A stretch of DNA of 64,000 bases from Spirochaetia bacterium (lineage in GTDB: Bacteria > Spirochaetota > Spirochaetia > CAKZLE01): positions 2,176,001 to 2,240,000 of the forward strand of contig OY782041.1 in NCBI GenBank assembly GCA_963677595.1, written 5' to 3'. Under the pieces are notes generated by a model. It saw only the letters and a list, made by a program, of their open reading frames with translations. It searched no databases and had not been told where the DNA came from. Below are positions 39,990 through 49,038 of this stretch, piece by piece. Positions within the stretch are counted from its first letter, which is position 1. Each line of letters starts with the position of its first letter. The translations under genes and the position numbers were made by a program.

Positions 39990-40865
39990 ATGAATCACAC
40001 TGTCTTAATTGATAAGATCATAACAGATAAACTACCGTTCTTTGCTAAACATCCTAAAATTGAAAAACTTGTCGGTGGGTTCCGGTTTGTAGAAGGGCCA
40101 GTCTGGATTGCTGAAGAGAAGAGACTTATCTTCAGTGATATACCGGGGAATGCCATCTACAGCTGGCAAGAGGAAGCAGGTCTCTCGATGCTGAAACCGA
40201 ACAGTTATCTTGCGAACGGGAATACCCTGGACCCCTACGGGAATCTGATCAGCTGTGAACATGGCACCAGCAGGATCACTGCCACGGACCTGAAGACCGG
40301 TCGGTATAGTATCCTTGCTGATTCTTTTGACGGTAAGTCGTTGAACAGTCCGAATGATGTTGTAGCCAGGTCAGACGGGAGTATGTACTTTACTGATCCG
40401 ATCCCTGGTCGACAGCCGAGAGTTGGTATTCCAAGGACTCCGGAATTACCCTTTTGCGGCATCTATCGATACGATGACAAGACTGCGTACCTCTATCTGC
40501 TTGATGACACCTTCACCACACCGAACGGGCTCTGCTTCTCGGATGATGAGAAGAGACTGTATGTGAATGACTCGGCAGACGGAAGCATCTCTGTATTCGA
40601 CGTCGATGAGAAGGGAATGCTGAAAAACAGGATAAGGTGGTCCTGTGTGCAAGGTGACGGGCCGGGATGCGCTGATGGGATGAAGTTCCATCCGAGCGGG
40701 CATATCTTCTGTACAGGACCTGGAGGGATATATCTGCTGAATCCTGGGGGGAATATTGTCTGCAGGTTGAAGATGCCGGAAGTAGCAGCGAATCTGACGT
40801 TCAATGAGGATTACTCAGCAATATACGTTACGGCAACCTCTTCAATCTACCGGATCAGACTGTAG
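39990..40865 (+). CDS. SMP-30/gluconolactonase family protein
   Basis: EGPVW, FSDIP, LNSPNDVV, PNGLCFS, ADGM. Confidence 0.92.
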   Translation: MNHTVLIDKIITDKLPFFAKHPKIEKLVGGFRFVEGPVWIAEEKRLIFSDIPGNAIYSWQEEAGLSMLKPNSYLANGNTLDPYGNLISCEHGTSRITATDLKTGRYSILADSFDGKSLNSPNDVVARSDGSMYFTDPIPGRQPRVGIPRTPELPFCGIYRYDDKTAYLYLLDDTFTTPNGLCFSDDEKRLYVNDSADGSISVFDVDEKGMLKNRIRWSCVQGDGPGCADGMKFHPSGHIFCTGPGGIYLLNPGGNIVCRLKMPEVAANLTFNEDYSAIYVTATSSIYRIRL

Positions 40866-40887
40866 CACATAAGATAAGGAGAACGTT

Positions 40888-41955
40888 ATGACAGATAACG
40901 AAAGAAAAATCAAACCGGAAGAACTGGAAGGATATCTTTCAGAACTCTTTGCAGCAGCAGGGATGAGCAGAGCTGATGCAGCATTCAGCGCATCCTGTAT
41001 GGTCAGGACGAACCTCTGGGGAGTAGATTCTCACGGTGTGCTCAGGATGCCGATCTACCTGCAGAGGGTGCTCGGCAGGGTGATCAACCCTGAACCGGAA
41101 ATTACTGAGGTATCAGAGCTGCCTGGTCCGATGGCCCTGCTCGACGGTGATGCCGGCATGGGGTATGTCGTAGGGAAAGCAGGTATGGGTCTTGCCATCG
41201 AGAAGGCGAAAGAGTACGGGATCGGGATGGTCCTGGTACGGAACAGCAACCATTTCGGTGCAGCGGCACTGTATGCACGACAGGCAGTGGAAGCAGGGAT
41301 GATCGGTATCTCGACGACCAATGTGATCCCGAATATCGGGATGAAGGGGAATGCGAAGCCCTCAACAGGAAACAACCCGATTGCTATGGCAGCGCCATTG
41401 GAAGAAGCCTTCCCGTTCGTGCTTGATATCTCACTGTCTGCCGTAGCCGGGGGGAAACTCCTGCTGGCGGCGAAGAAGGGAGAGAAGATCCCGAAGGACT
41501 GGGCTGTCACGAAAGAGGGGAAGGAGACTGATGACCCGACACTCGGGTTTGCGGGATTCCTGCTGCCGGTAGGGTTGCATAAGGGGTTCGGACTCTCCCT
41601 GTTCGTTGACCTGATTACCGGAGTCCTGAGCGGCGGACCGTATCTGCATGGACTCAAGAGCATGTACAAGCATCCGGATGATCCATCTCTGACCTCTCAT
41701 CTGTTCATTGCCATCAACCCTGATGTTTTCCTCACAAAAGAGGAGTATGCGGAACGGGTGAAGGACTGGGCCTCCCAGGTGCATGCGACCGAGATGATTG
41801 ATCCGTCGATGAAGCAGGTGATACCGGGGGAGATCGAATATCGGAAGGAACAGGAACGAAAGGAATCAGGGATACCGGTACCGGCTGAACTGATCAGGGA
41901 CCTCGCAGCATACAGCGAACGGCTCAATGTGAAGATGCCGGCTGTACTGCAGTAG
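40888..41955 (+). CDS. Ldh_2 family oxidoreductase (ComC/YiaK/AllD-like)
   Basis: GVDSHGV, NSNHFGAA, GNNPIAMAAP, HKGFGL, IPGE. Confidence 0.92.
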   Translation: MTDNERKIKPEELEGYLSELFAAAGMSRADAAFSASCMVRTNLWGVDSHGVLRMPIYLQRVLGRVINPEPEITEVSELPGPMALLDGDAGMGYVVGKAGMGLAIEKAKEYGIGMVLVRNSNHFGAAALYARQAVEAGMIGISTTNVIPNIGMKGNAKPSTGNNPIAMAAPLEEAFPFVLDISLSAVAGGKLLLAAKKGEKIPKDWAVTKEGKETDDPTLGFAGFLLPVGLHKGFGLSLFVDLITGVLSGGPYLHGLKSMYKHPDDPSLTSHLFIAINPDVFLTKEEYAERVKDWASQVHATEMIDPSMKQVIPGEIEYRKEQERKESGIPVPAELIRDLAAYSERLNVKMPAVLQ

Positions 41956-41976
41956 ATTGAGAGAAGGAAGAGAGTT

Positions 41977-42810
41977 ATGAAACTGAAGAACAAAGTAGCG
42001 GTAATCACCGGCGGTACGAAAGGTATCGGGTTAGGCATCGCTATCGAGTTCGCGAAGGAGGGAGCGTTAGTCGTGATCGGCGGGCGCAACCCCCAGACCG
42101 GGGAAGAGGGACTGCAGGAGCTCCTCGCGCTCGGAGGCGAAGCGATGTACGTTCCCTGTGATGTCGGGGACTTGACCAGCCTGCAGTATATCATAGACAG
42201 GACCGTGGAGCGGTTCGGGAAGATCGACATTTACGTCTCCAATGCCGGGATCAACGATTCACAGAAGACACGGTATCTGGATATCACGCCGGAACAGTAC
42301 GACCGGATCATGGACGTCAACCTCAGGGGGATGTTCTTCGGGGACCAGTATGCGGCGCGTGAGATGGTGAAGCAGGGATGCGGCGGAGCGATCATCAACA
42401 TGTCATCGGTCAATGCCTATCTGGCACTGAATTCGCAGATGGTCTACACGACGAGCAAGGGCGGCGTGCAGCAGCTGACGAAGGTTCAGGCGGTGGACCT
42501 GGCTCCCTACGGGATCAAGGTGAACGCGATGGCACCGGGACCGATCGAGACCGATCTCATGAGACGGGTAGGGTCGGACAAGCAGCTGATGAACACGATT
42601 CTCTCGAGGACCCCGTTGGGGCGTATCGGGACGCCGAAAGAGTGCGGGAGACTGGCGGTCTTCCTCGCCTGCGAGGACTCGGACTTCATCATGGGGCAGT
42701 CGATCTACAATGACGGCGGCCGGGGCTTCCAGGCATTCCCTGTTCCCGGATACAAGACCGTGACTGATGAAGAGTATGAACAGCTTCAGAATATGAAGGA
42801 GAAGAACTGA
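41977..42810 (+). CDS. SDR family oxidoreductase
   Basis: TGGTKGIG, SNAG, YTTSK, PLGRIGTP. Confidence 0.95.
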   Translation: MKLKNKVAVITGGTKGIGLGIAIEFAKEGALVVIGGRNPQTGEEGLQELLALGGEAMYVPCDVGDLTSLQYIIDRTVERFGKIDIYVSNAGINDSQKTRYLDITPEQYDRIMDVNLRGMFFGDQYAAREMVKQGCGGAIINMSSVNAYLALNSQMVYTTSKGGVQQLTKVQAVDLAPYGIKVNAMAPGPIETDLMRRVGSDKQLMNTILSRTPLGRIGTPKECGRLAVFLACEDSDFIMGQSIYNDGGRGFQAFPVPGYKTVTDEEYEQLQNMKEKN

Positions 42811-44228
42811 TGAGTAACCCCAAAGTAGGATTCATCACCTTTGGTGACCACAGACCAGATATGTGGGAGAAGGTTTTCTCTCATAAAACGATCCCTCTCC
42901 ATGCAGAGGCGATCGAGACGTTAAACAAGCTTCCGATCGAATTGGTAGTTGCATCTGAGATCGCCAGGACACGAGAACAGATCAATGAAGCAGTAGATGA
43001 GCTGAAAGCTCAGCATGTAGAAGTATTAATAGCCCATATTCCGTGTTGGACATCTCCGAACCTGATCGTCCATGGTGTCCAGCGGCTGGGGCTTTTTACC
43101 ATATGTCTCGGGAACACTGATCCTGGGACCCATGGCTGTGTAGGCCTATTGGGTGCCTCAGGTGCTTTGGCGCAGATTGATTATCCTCATAAGAATATAC
43201 GCGATGCATATGATGCGGCAGCCTATGAGAAGAAGCTGCTTCCTCTGATCAGGGCAGCGGCAGTGAAAGAGCAACTCAAGGGATCGGTCTTCGGGCTTTT
43301 CGGTGGTCGTTCGATCGGGATTGATACCGGTCTCTTTGACCCGATGCAGTGGAGAAGCCAGTTCGGTATCGATACGGAGCATCTTGCCCAGATCGAAATA
43401 ATACGGCTTGCAGAGAAGATGCCCCAAGAGCGTATTGATACGTTACGGACCTGGATGGAGGATAATGCCCTGGCTGTCGATTACAATGATGACAAGTTCA
43501 CCAAGGCGAAATTCGATTTCCAGCTTGCATGCTATCTGGCGACCAAGGATCTGGTCAGGGATTACGGTATGGACTTCATCGCGATCAAGTGTATGCATGA
43601 ACTCTCAAACTCCTATGTCCCACAGTGTATGACGCAGGCGCTGCTTGCCAACCATGAGGATGCTGAAGGAAGGAAGGAGACTACGCCTATTGCCTGTGAG
43701 GCAGATGCTGACGGTGCATTGACACAGCAGATACTTAAAATCCTATCAGGCGGGAAGCCGACATTTTTCGCTGATGTCAGTCATATCGATGCGGAGAGGG
43801 AGATGGTCTACTGCGTGAACTGCGGGGCGATCTGTGTCTACTATGCCGGAAGGAATGAAGATACAAAAGAGAATCTCAAACAGATCAGGTTCAAACAGTC
43901 AGTTCGTCCTGCAGGCGGGGGGATCACCTATTTCAATGCATCTCCGGGGCCTATGCAGCTTGCTCGATTGTATCGAAAAGGCGGGAAGTACAAGATGGCG
44001 ATCATCCCCTGCAATTCGGAGACTCCGACGCAGGAGATGGTTGATGAATTCGTGGAAGCACGGGGACCGCATCAGCTGCCGACGCTTTTTGCGAAGGTCA
44101 GTTTTGACCTTGACCGTTTCATCAATGAATATGGTTCAAACCATATCTCCGGTGTTGTCGGGAATTACCTTCCAGAACTCCTGGAAGTCTGTGATCTGCT
44201 TGATATCGAAGCAGAAGTATTCGTTTAA
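42810..44228 (+). CDS. L-fucose/L-arabinose isomerase family protein
   Basis: FGGRSIG, PIACEADADGALT, FFADV, NCG, YGSNHI. Confidence 0.85.
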   Translation: MSNPKVGFITFGDHRPDMWEKVFSHKTIPLHAEAIETLNKLPIELVVASEIARTREQINEAVDELKAQHVEVLIAHIPCWTSPNLIVHGVQRLGLFTICLGNTDPGTHGCVGLLGASGALAQIDYPHKNIRDAYDAAAYEKKLLPLIRAAAVKEQLKGSVFGLFGGRSIGIDTGLFDPMQWRSQFGIDTEHLAQIEIIRLAEKMPQERIDTLRTWMEDNALAVDYNDDKFTKAKFDFQLACYLATKDLVRDYGMDFIAIKCMHELSNSYVPQCMTQALLANHEDAEGRKETTPIACEADADGALTQQILKILSGGKPTFFADVSHIDAEREMVYCVNCGAICVYYAGRNEDTKENLKQIRFKQSVRPAGGGITYFNASPGPMQLARLYRKGGKYKMAIIPCNSETPTQEMVDEFVEARGPHQLPTLFAKVSFDLDRFINEYGSNHISGVVGNYLPELLEVCDLLDIEAEVFV

Positions 44229-44252
44229 GCGATATACGAAGAGGATAATAAG

Positions 44253-45032
44253 ATGATAGAGAAAAACAGAAACTGGGTACGAGCTGCCCTGCAAGAAGGA
44301 AAGAAGATTTCAGGGGCATGGCTGCAGTCAGGGAGCCCGATAACCGCCGAGATCATGGCTGAAGCTGGCTATGATGCGCTTATGGTAGACCTGGAGCATG
44401 GTCCCGGGGATATCATGTCAACAATCCTGCAGATCCACGCAATGAAGGGGGAGATTGCAGTTCCCTTCTCACGGGCACCATGGAATGACTTCGTACAGAT
44501 CAAGCGGATACTTGATGCCGGAGTCTATGGTCTTCTTGTCCCATATGTAAACACGAAGGAAGAAGTGGAAGCAGCGGTATCTGCTGTATCCTATCCGAAA
44601 GAGGGTATCAGAGGTGTTGCCGGTTCTCCACGGGCAGCTCATTACGGGAACAAGTCTATGGAGTATCTCTCAACTGCGAATGATGAAGTGTACCTCATGA
44701 CAGCTGTCGAGACACCGGACGCAGTTGCCAATCTTGATGCGATCCTGACCGTTGACCGACTTGATGGGATCTTCATCGGTCCGATGGATCTGGCTACCAA
44801 TATGGGACACTTCGGAAACCCGAAGCATCCGGAAGTCCAGGCAGCCATCAAGACTGTGGAAGAGAAGGTGTTTGCTGCAGGGAAAGTCCTCTCAACGGTT
44901 GCGGGAACCTGGGAAGATGCAAAGGCAAAATATGATAAAGGGTACCAGATGGTATTCTTCTTCTCTGATACGACTGCTCTTGGAGCTGCCGCTAGAACCA
45001 GGCTTGCAGAGTTCAAGTCGTATATAGAATAA
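44253..45032 (+). CDS. HpcH/HpaI aldolase family protein
   Basis: VDLEHGP, IKRILDAG, YPKEGIRG, VETP, IFIGPMDL. Confidence 0.93.
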   Translation: MIEKNRNWVRAALQEGKKISGAWLQSGSPITAEIMAEAGYDALMVDLEHGPGDIMSTILQIHAMKGEIAVPFSRAPWNDFVQIKRILDAGVYGLLVPYVNTKEEVEAAVSAVSYPKEGIRGVAGSPRAAHYGNKSMEYLSTANDEVYLMTAVETPDAVANLDAILTVDRLDGIFIGPMDLATNMGHFGNPKHPEVQAAIKTVEEKVFAAGKVLSTVAGTWEDAKAKYDKGYQMVFFFSDTTALGAAARTRLAEFKSYIE

Positions 45033-45067
45033 GTAAAGAAACTAATTACCTAGAGGTTTGGTGCGAT

Positions 45068-45259
45068 ATGGATATTCCAGAATATCAAGTGAGTACCTGG
45101 GAAAAAGTAGATCAGTATAACAGGCAGTATCCAAGACAACCTTTGGATACATTGAATTTACATCCGTATCTCAAAGAGGATACTCTTGTTCGATGTCTTA
45201 ATGAGGCGTTAATGAATACTAGACCTATCAGTTTTGATGATTATCGAGTGTATAGATAA
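45068..45259 (+). CDS. Small hypothetical protein
   Basis: 63-aa ORF with a GAGG RBS; no recognised motif. Confidence 0.35.
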   Translation: MDIPEYQVSTWEKVDQYNRQYPRQPLDTLNLHPYLKEDTLVRCLNEALMNTRPISFDDYRVYR

Positions 45260-45291
45260 AAGGGATTGCAGGAAAATTCTTGATGGTAATC

Positions 45292-45366
45292 CAGGGATGA
45301 GAGCTCTCGAGATCATGGATGTTCGAATCTTCTTTCGGGCATCTTTGTGAGATGAAATTGATACAA
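45292..45366 (+). repeat. Decayed copy of the tRNA-Leu 3' half plus flank (att scar)
   Basis: CAGGGA...GTTCGAATCTTCTTTCGGGCATCTTTGTGAGATGAAATTGATACAA aligns without gaps to 3356-3430. Confidence 0.88.
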
Positions 45367-45437
45367 TGGTTATGAAATTATTACAGAGACGTTCCTGATC
45401 AATCAGTGGTGAGCGTACATTATTGGAGGTGCATACA

Positions 45438-46481
45438 ATGTCAACATTACGAGAGAGGAATTTTCGACGTCTTAAGCAGAGTATAGCTGGAGAGAAATCA
45501 GATAAACATGCAGTTTTTCATTACTACACCTATCCCTTCTTTCAGTCGATGACGGGAGTGGACCTGGATGATTTCTTTCATAATCCAGAGGTTACTCTGA
45601 AATGCGAAATTGAGACCTTTGAACAGATCGAGGGGATAGGGAATCCCCTCCCCGATATGGGCTCTGTGCCAGTTGCCAGTGGACTGGGTGGAGTGGTGAA
45701 ATTCGATGATGCTGGTTTTATATCAGTGCATCCGAATCCTGATATCGCTTCTGCCGAATCGGTAGAGGATCTGAAATGGCTTGAACCGGGTGACCCCTAT
45801 GGTGACAATTATATGGGTAAGGCTCTGGAGTCTCTCCAGTATATGGTAGATAACTGTCCTGAAGATTACCAGATCAACCCCCACCCCATACAGGGAGCAT
45901 ATACCACCGGAGCGAACATTCGGGGGATCAGTGAGTTTTGTATTGATACGCTCATTCAGCCTGAATTCGTAAGAAGGATCCTCGATGTTGTTGTTAAAAC
46001 TCAAATCCGTTTCCTCAAGGCTCAGGAGAAGGTCCTTGGTTCTCTGTCACATATCCTGGTTGGTGATGACCTTTCTGCCTTCCTGAGTGAACCGGTATAC
46101 AGGGAGTTCATACTGCCTACCTACTCAGCACTGTTCAAGGCGTTCCCTGACACGCCATTCTGGCTCCACAATGATTCGACTGCAAGACACGTAGCACCGG
46201 CTATTGGGGATTCCGGGATGAAGGCATGGCATTATCATCCAGATATCGCTCCTCAGGATGCTTTGGAATTGACTGGAGGCAGAGTGACTCTCTTAGGAGG
46301 ATTGAGTCCGCTAGATCTGCAAAAATGGACTGCCGAGGAGACCTATGATAAAAGTATTGAGGTGCTGAAATCCTTCGGCGGGAATAGCAAGTTCGTTCTG
46401 GCTGCCGGTGGATCGGTGAATCAGGTGCCGGTTGAGAATATCATGGCCATGTTCAGAGCTGCAGATGATTTTGAGATCTAG
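45438..46481 (+). CDS. Uroporphyrinogen decarboxylase/MtaA-like family protein
   Basis: GAYT..ANIRG..EF, GDDLSAFLS..YREFILP, LHND, LLGGLSP, FVLAAG. Confidence 0.82.
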   Translation: MSTLRERNFRRLKQSIAGEKSDKHAVFHYYTYPFFQSMTGVDLDDFFHNPEVTLKCEIETFEQIEGIGNPLPDMGSVPVASGLGGVVKFDDAGFISVHPNPDIASAESVEDLKWLEPGDPYGDNYMGKALESLQYMVDNCPEDYQINPHPIQGAYTTGANIRGISEFCIDTLIQPEFVRRILDVVVKTQIRFLKAQEKVLGSLSHILVGDDLSAFLSEPVYREFILPTYSALFKAFPDTPFWLHNDSTARHVAPAIGDSGMKAWHYHPDIAPQDALELTGGRVTLLGGLSPLDLQKWTAEETYDKSIEVLKSFGGNSKFVLAAGGSVNQVPVENIMAMFRAADDFEI

Positions 46482-46803
46482 CAATCCTCTAAACTGATCT
46501 GAAAAGTAAGTATTGGCTTGCTTGAAACACGCCAGGATTTATCTATATCAAAATCATTCATGAGACAGAAATAAGCTCCAGTTACTTTGGTAATGGGAGC
46601 TCATCTCAATTCTTGCTACTCGTGAGAAAGGGGAAAAATACTGCAAAATCATTGTTGGTTATATGGTGGAACTGAGTGAGGTTGTTCTGGTAGAACACCC
46701 GGTAGGCGCTGAGATCATAATAAGCACCTGGAATAAATAAGTATCGGATTCCTGAGAAACTTCAAAGGTTCCGACGGGAATCCTTACTGTACAAGGAATA
46801 CGA

Positions 46804-47406
46804 ATGGAACTTAAAGAGTTGAAGAAACAGGTACTCGAGGTCTGCAAGAAACTGCCTGAATACCAGCTTGTGACGGGAACCGCTGGGAATGTCAGTGCCC
46901 GTGATCCTGAGACAGGACTCGTGGCGATCAAACCCAGTGGGGTACCCTATCAGACTATGGATATCGATGACATCGTGGTACTTGACTTGAACGGTGTGAT
47001 CATTGAGCAGAAAGCCGGAAGGAAATCCAGTTTCGAAACCCCCACCCATCTGGAGATCTACAGACGATACCCCGAGATAAACGGCGTGATCCATACACAT
47101 GCAAGATATGTCAATATTCTCAGTGCCGTAAAGGATTCGATCCCATGCGGGACTACGCCTACAGGCAGGCGTTTGCTGAAAGAGGATATTGTCGTCATTG
47201 GGTTCATCAATAATGGAACTCAGGAAATGGCAGATACGGTAGCCCCCGCTCTTGATGGTAAAACTGCTGTGGCAATTCAGAATCATGGTCCGTTTACCGT
47301 TGGTGAAACGGTACAGTTAGCCCTGGAACGGGCAGTCGCTCTTGAAGATACCAGTCAGATCTACTATATGGCATCCCTCCTGGGTACTCCTTCGCTCATC
47401 TGCTAG
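46804..47406 (+). CDS. Class II aldolase/adducin family (FucA/AraD-like)
   Basis: GTAGNVSARD, IKPSG, SSFETPTH, HTH, NHG. Confidence 0.92.
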   Translation: MELKELKKQVLEVCKKLPEYQLVTGTAGNVSARDPETGLVAIKPSGVPYQTMDIDDIVVLDLNGVIIEQKAGRKSSFETPTHLEIYRRYPEINGVIHTHARYVNILSAVKDSIPCGTTPTGRRLLKEDIVVIGFINNGTQEMADTVAPALDGKTAVAIQNHGPFTVGETVQLALERAVALEDTSQIYYMASLLGTPSLIC

Positions 47407-47431
47407 CTATAGAGGGGATATGGGATAGATC

Positions 47432-48946
47432 ATGAAGCATGTACAGAATTATTTAGCAGTTGATATAGGAGGATCGGGAGGCCGCTGTGTGGCAGGCAGA
47501 TTTGACGGAAACACACTGTCGCTTGAAAATCTTGGATCATTCCCCAATGATTACGTTCGTCTAGCAGGTGTCTTTTACAGCAGTTTTCTGCAATTAATGT
47601 CCGGTGTACAGGAGGGGATGCGAAAAGCCTCCAGTATCTATGGCCCTGATTTTGCTGGTATCGGAATAGACAGCATGGGGGTAAGCTTCGGTACGCTTGA
47701 TCAGAATGGTCATCTTCTTTCAAATCCACTGTATACCCGCACTCCCCAGGAAAAAGAAATTGTCAGTGCGATATTCGATAGTGTCGGCAGGGAAGAACTG
47801 TATGGTATTACAGGCCTGCAGCTCACCAAGCTGAACTCTCTCTATCATCTGATGCGATTACTACGGATGGATTCCCCTGTCATACGTAATGCCCGTACAT
47901 TCATGATGATGCCTGATCTGATCAACTATTTTCTTACTGGCAGGATTACCTCTGAATATACCATATCCACTACATCCCATCTGATGAATGCAGCATCAAT
48001 GACATGGGATGCTGGTCTGATTGAGCGACTGGGCCTGGATCCCGATATATTCCCTGCGATATGCCCTGCTGGATCTGTTGTTGGTAAGCTCAAAACCTCT
48101 CTTTCTGAAGAAAGCGGTCTGGCTCGAGTGCCGGTCATTTCCACCGCATCCCATGATACGGCTGCCGCTCTTGCTTTTGTCCCTTCACAGGGGGGGAGGT
48201 CTGTATACATCAGTTCAGGCACCTGGGGAATGATGGGGGTGGATCAGGAATCTCCGATCATCTGCGGCGAAGGAATGAAAGAGAACTTTGCCAATGAAGG
48301 GGGTGCCTTCGGTAATATACGGTATATCCATAACTCCCTGAATCTCTGGATCCTGAAAGAGTGTCGTATTCACTGGGAAGGAGAGGGACTTGAGATGACT
48401 TGGGATGAACTTTCCGTGGCTGCTGAGAAGGCCCCACCGTTTCAGTCGTTCATCGATCCAGGTGACCCCGTATTTCTCCTGAGTCGGGATATGCCTGATA
48501 CTATCAGAGCCTGGTGTCACCGGACTGGACAGAAGGTCCCTGGATCAGTAGGGGAGATCGTCCGCTGCATATATGAGAGTCTGGCACTGAAGTTTCGTTA
48601 CACCTATGATTCCCTCTGCTCCATCCTGGACTGGAAACCCGAATCACTGAACATTGTCGGAGGAGGAGGAAAGGATCCTCTGTTAAGTCAGATGACTGCC
48701 AATGCCGTGGGTATCCCGGTTGTGTGTGGACCCTATGATGCGACCGCCATGGGGAATATCCTGATGCAGATGATAGCCAAAGGTGAGATTTCCAACCGGG
48801 ATGAAGGTCTGGAGATCCTTATGAGGTCCTGTGTCTTGAAAAACTATGAACCGATAAACCGGGACAGGTGGGAAGATACGTTTGCTGAATATAAAAGAAT
48901 GATCAGTCAGAGAAAGATAGAGGAGGAAGATAGGATTGTAGATTGA
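47432..48946 (+). CDS. Rhamnulokinase-like FGGY kinase
   Basis: AVDIGGSGGR, MPDLINYFLTG, SHDTAAA, SSGTWG, ANEGG, ESLAL. Confidence 0.9.
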   Translation: MKHVQNYLAVDIGGSGGRCVAGRFDGNTLSLENLGSFPNDYVRLAGVFYSSFLQLMSGVQEGMRKASSIYGPDFAGIGIDSMGVSFGTLDQNGHLLSNPLYTRTPQEKEIVSAIFDSVGREELYGITGLQLTKLNSLYHLMRLLRMDSPVIRNARTFMMMPDLINYFLTGRITSEYTISTTSHLMNAASMTWDAGLIERLGLDPDIFPAICPAGSVVGKLKTSLSEESGLARVPVISTASHDTAAALAFVPSQGGRSVYISSGTWGMMGVDQESPIICGEGMKENFANEGGAFGNIRYIHNSLNLWILKECRIHWEGEGLEMTWDELSVAAEKAPPFQSFIDPGDPVFLLSRDMPDTIRAWCHRTGQKVPGSVGEIVRCIYESLALKFRYTYDSLCSILDWKPESLNIVGGGGKDPLLSQMTANAVGIPVVCGPYDATAMGNILMQMIAKGEISNRDEGLEILMRSCVLKNYEPINRDRWEDTFAEYKRMISQRKIEEEDRIVD

Positions 48947-49038
48947 TGGGAATAGGCAGTTACACAGTTAACTTTCCAGACTCAATCCTGCGCTTCTTGG
49001 TGGATTTCCGATACATTCAATTCTGCAGAATCTGCCTC

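Noticed and set aside
45240-45341. Second functional tRNA-Leu
   Set aside because: The 5' acceptor strand and D-arm are absent and the anticodon stem is broken.
45438-46481. hemE
   Set aside because: Lacks the RQAGR motif and any tetrapyrrole gene context.
46482-46803. Possible ncRNA or riboswitch in a long intergenic region
   Set aside because: Only short hairpins and a 25-codon ORF; no recognisable family motif.
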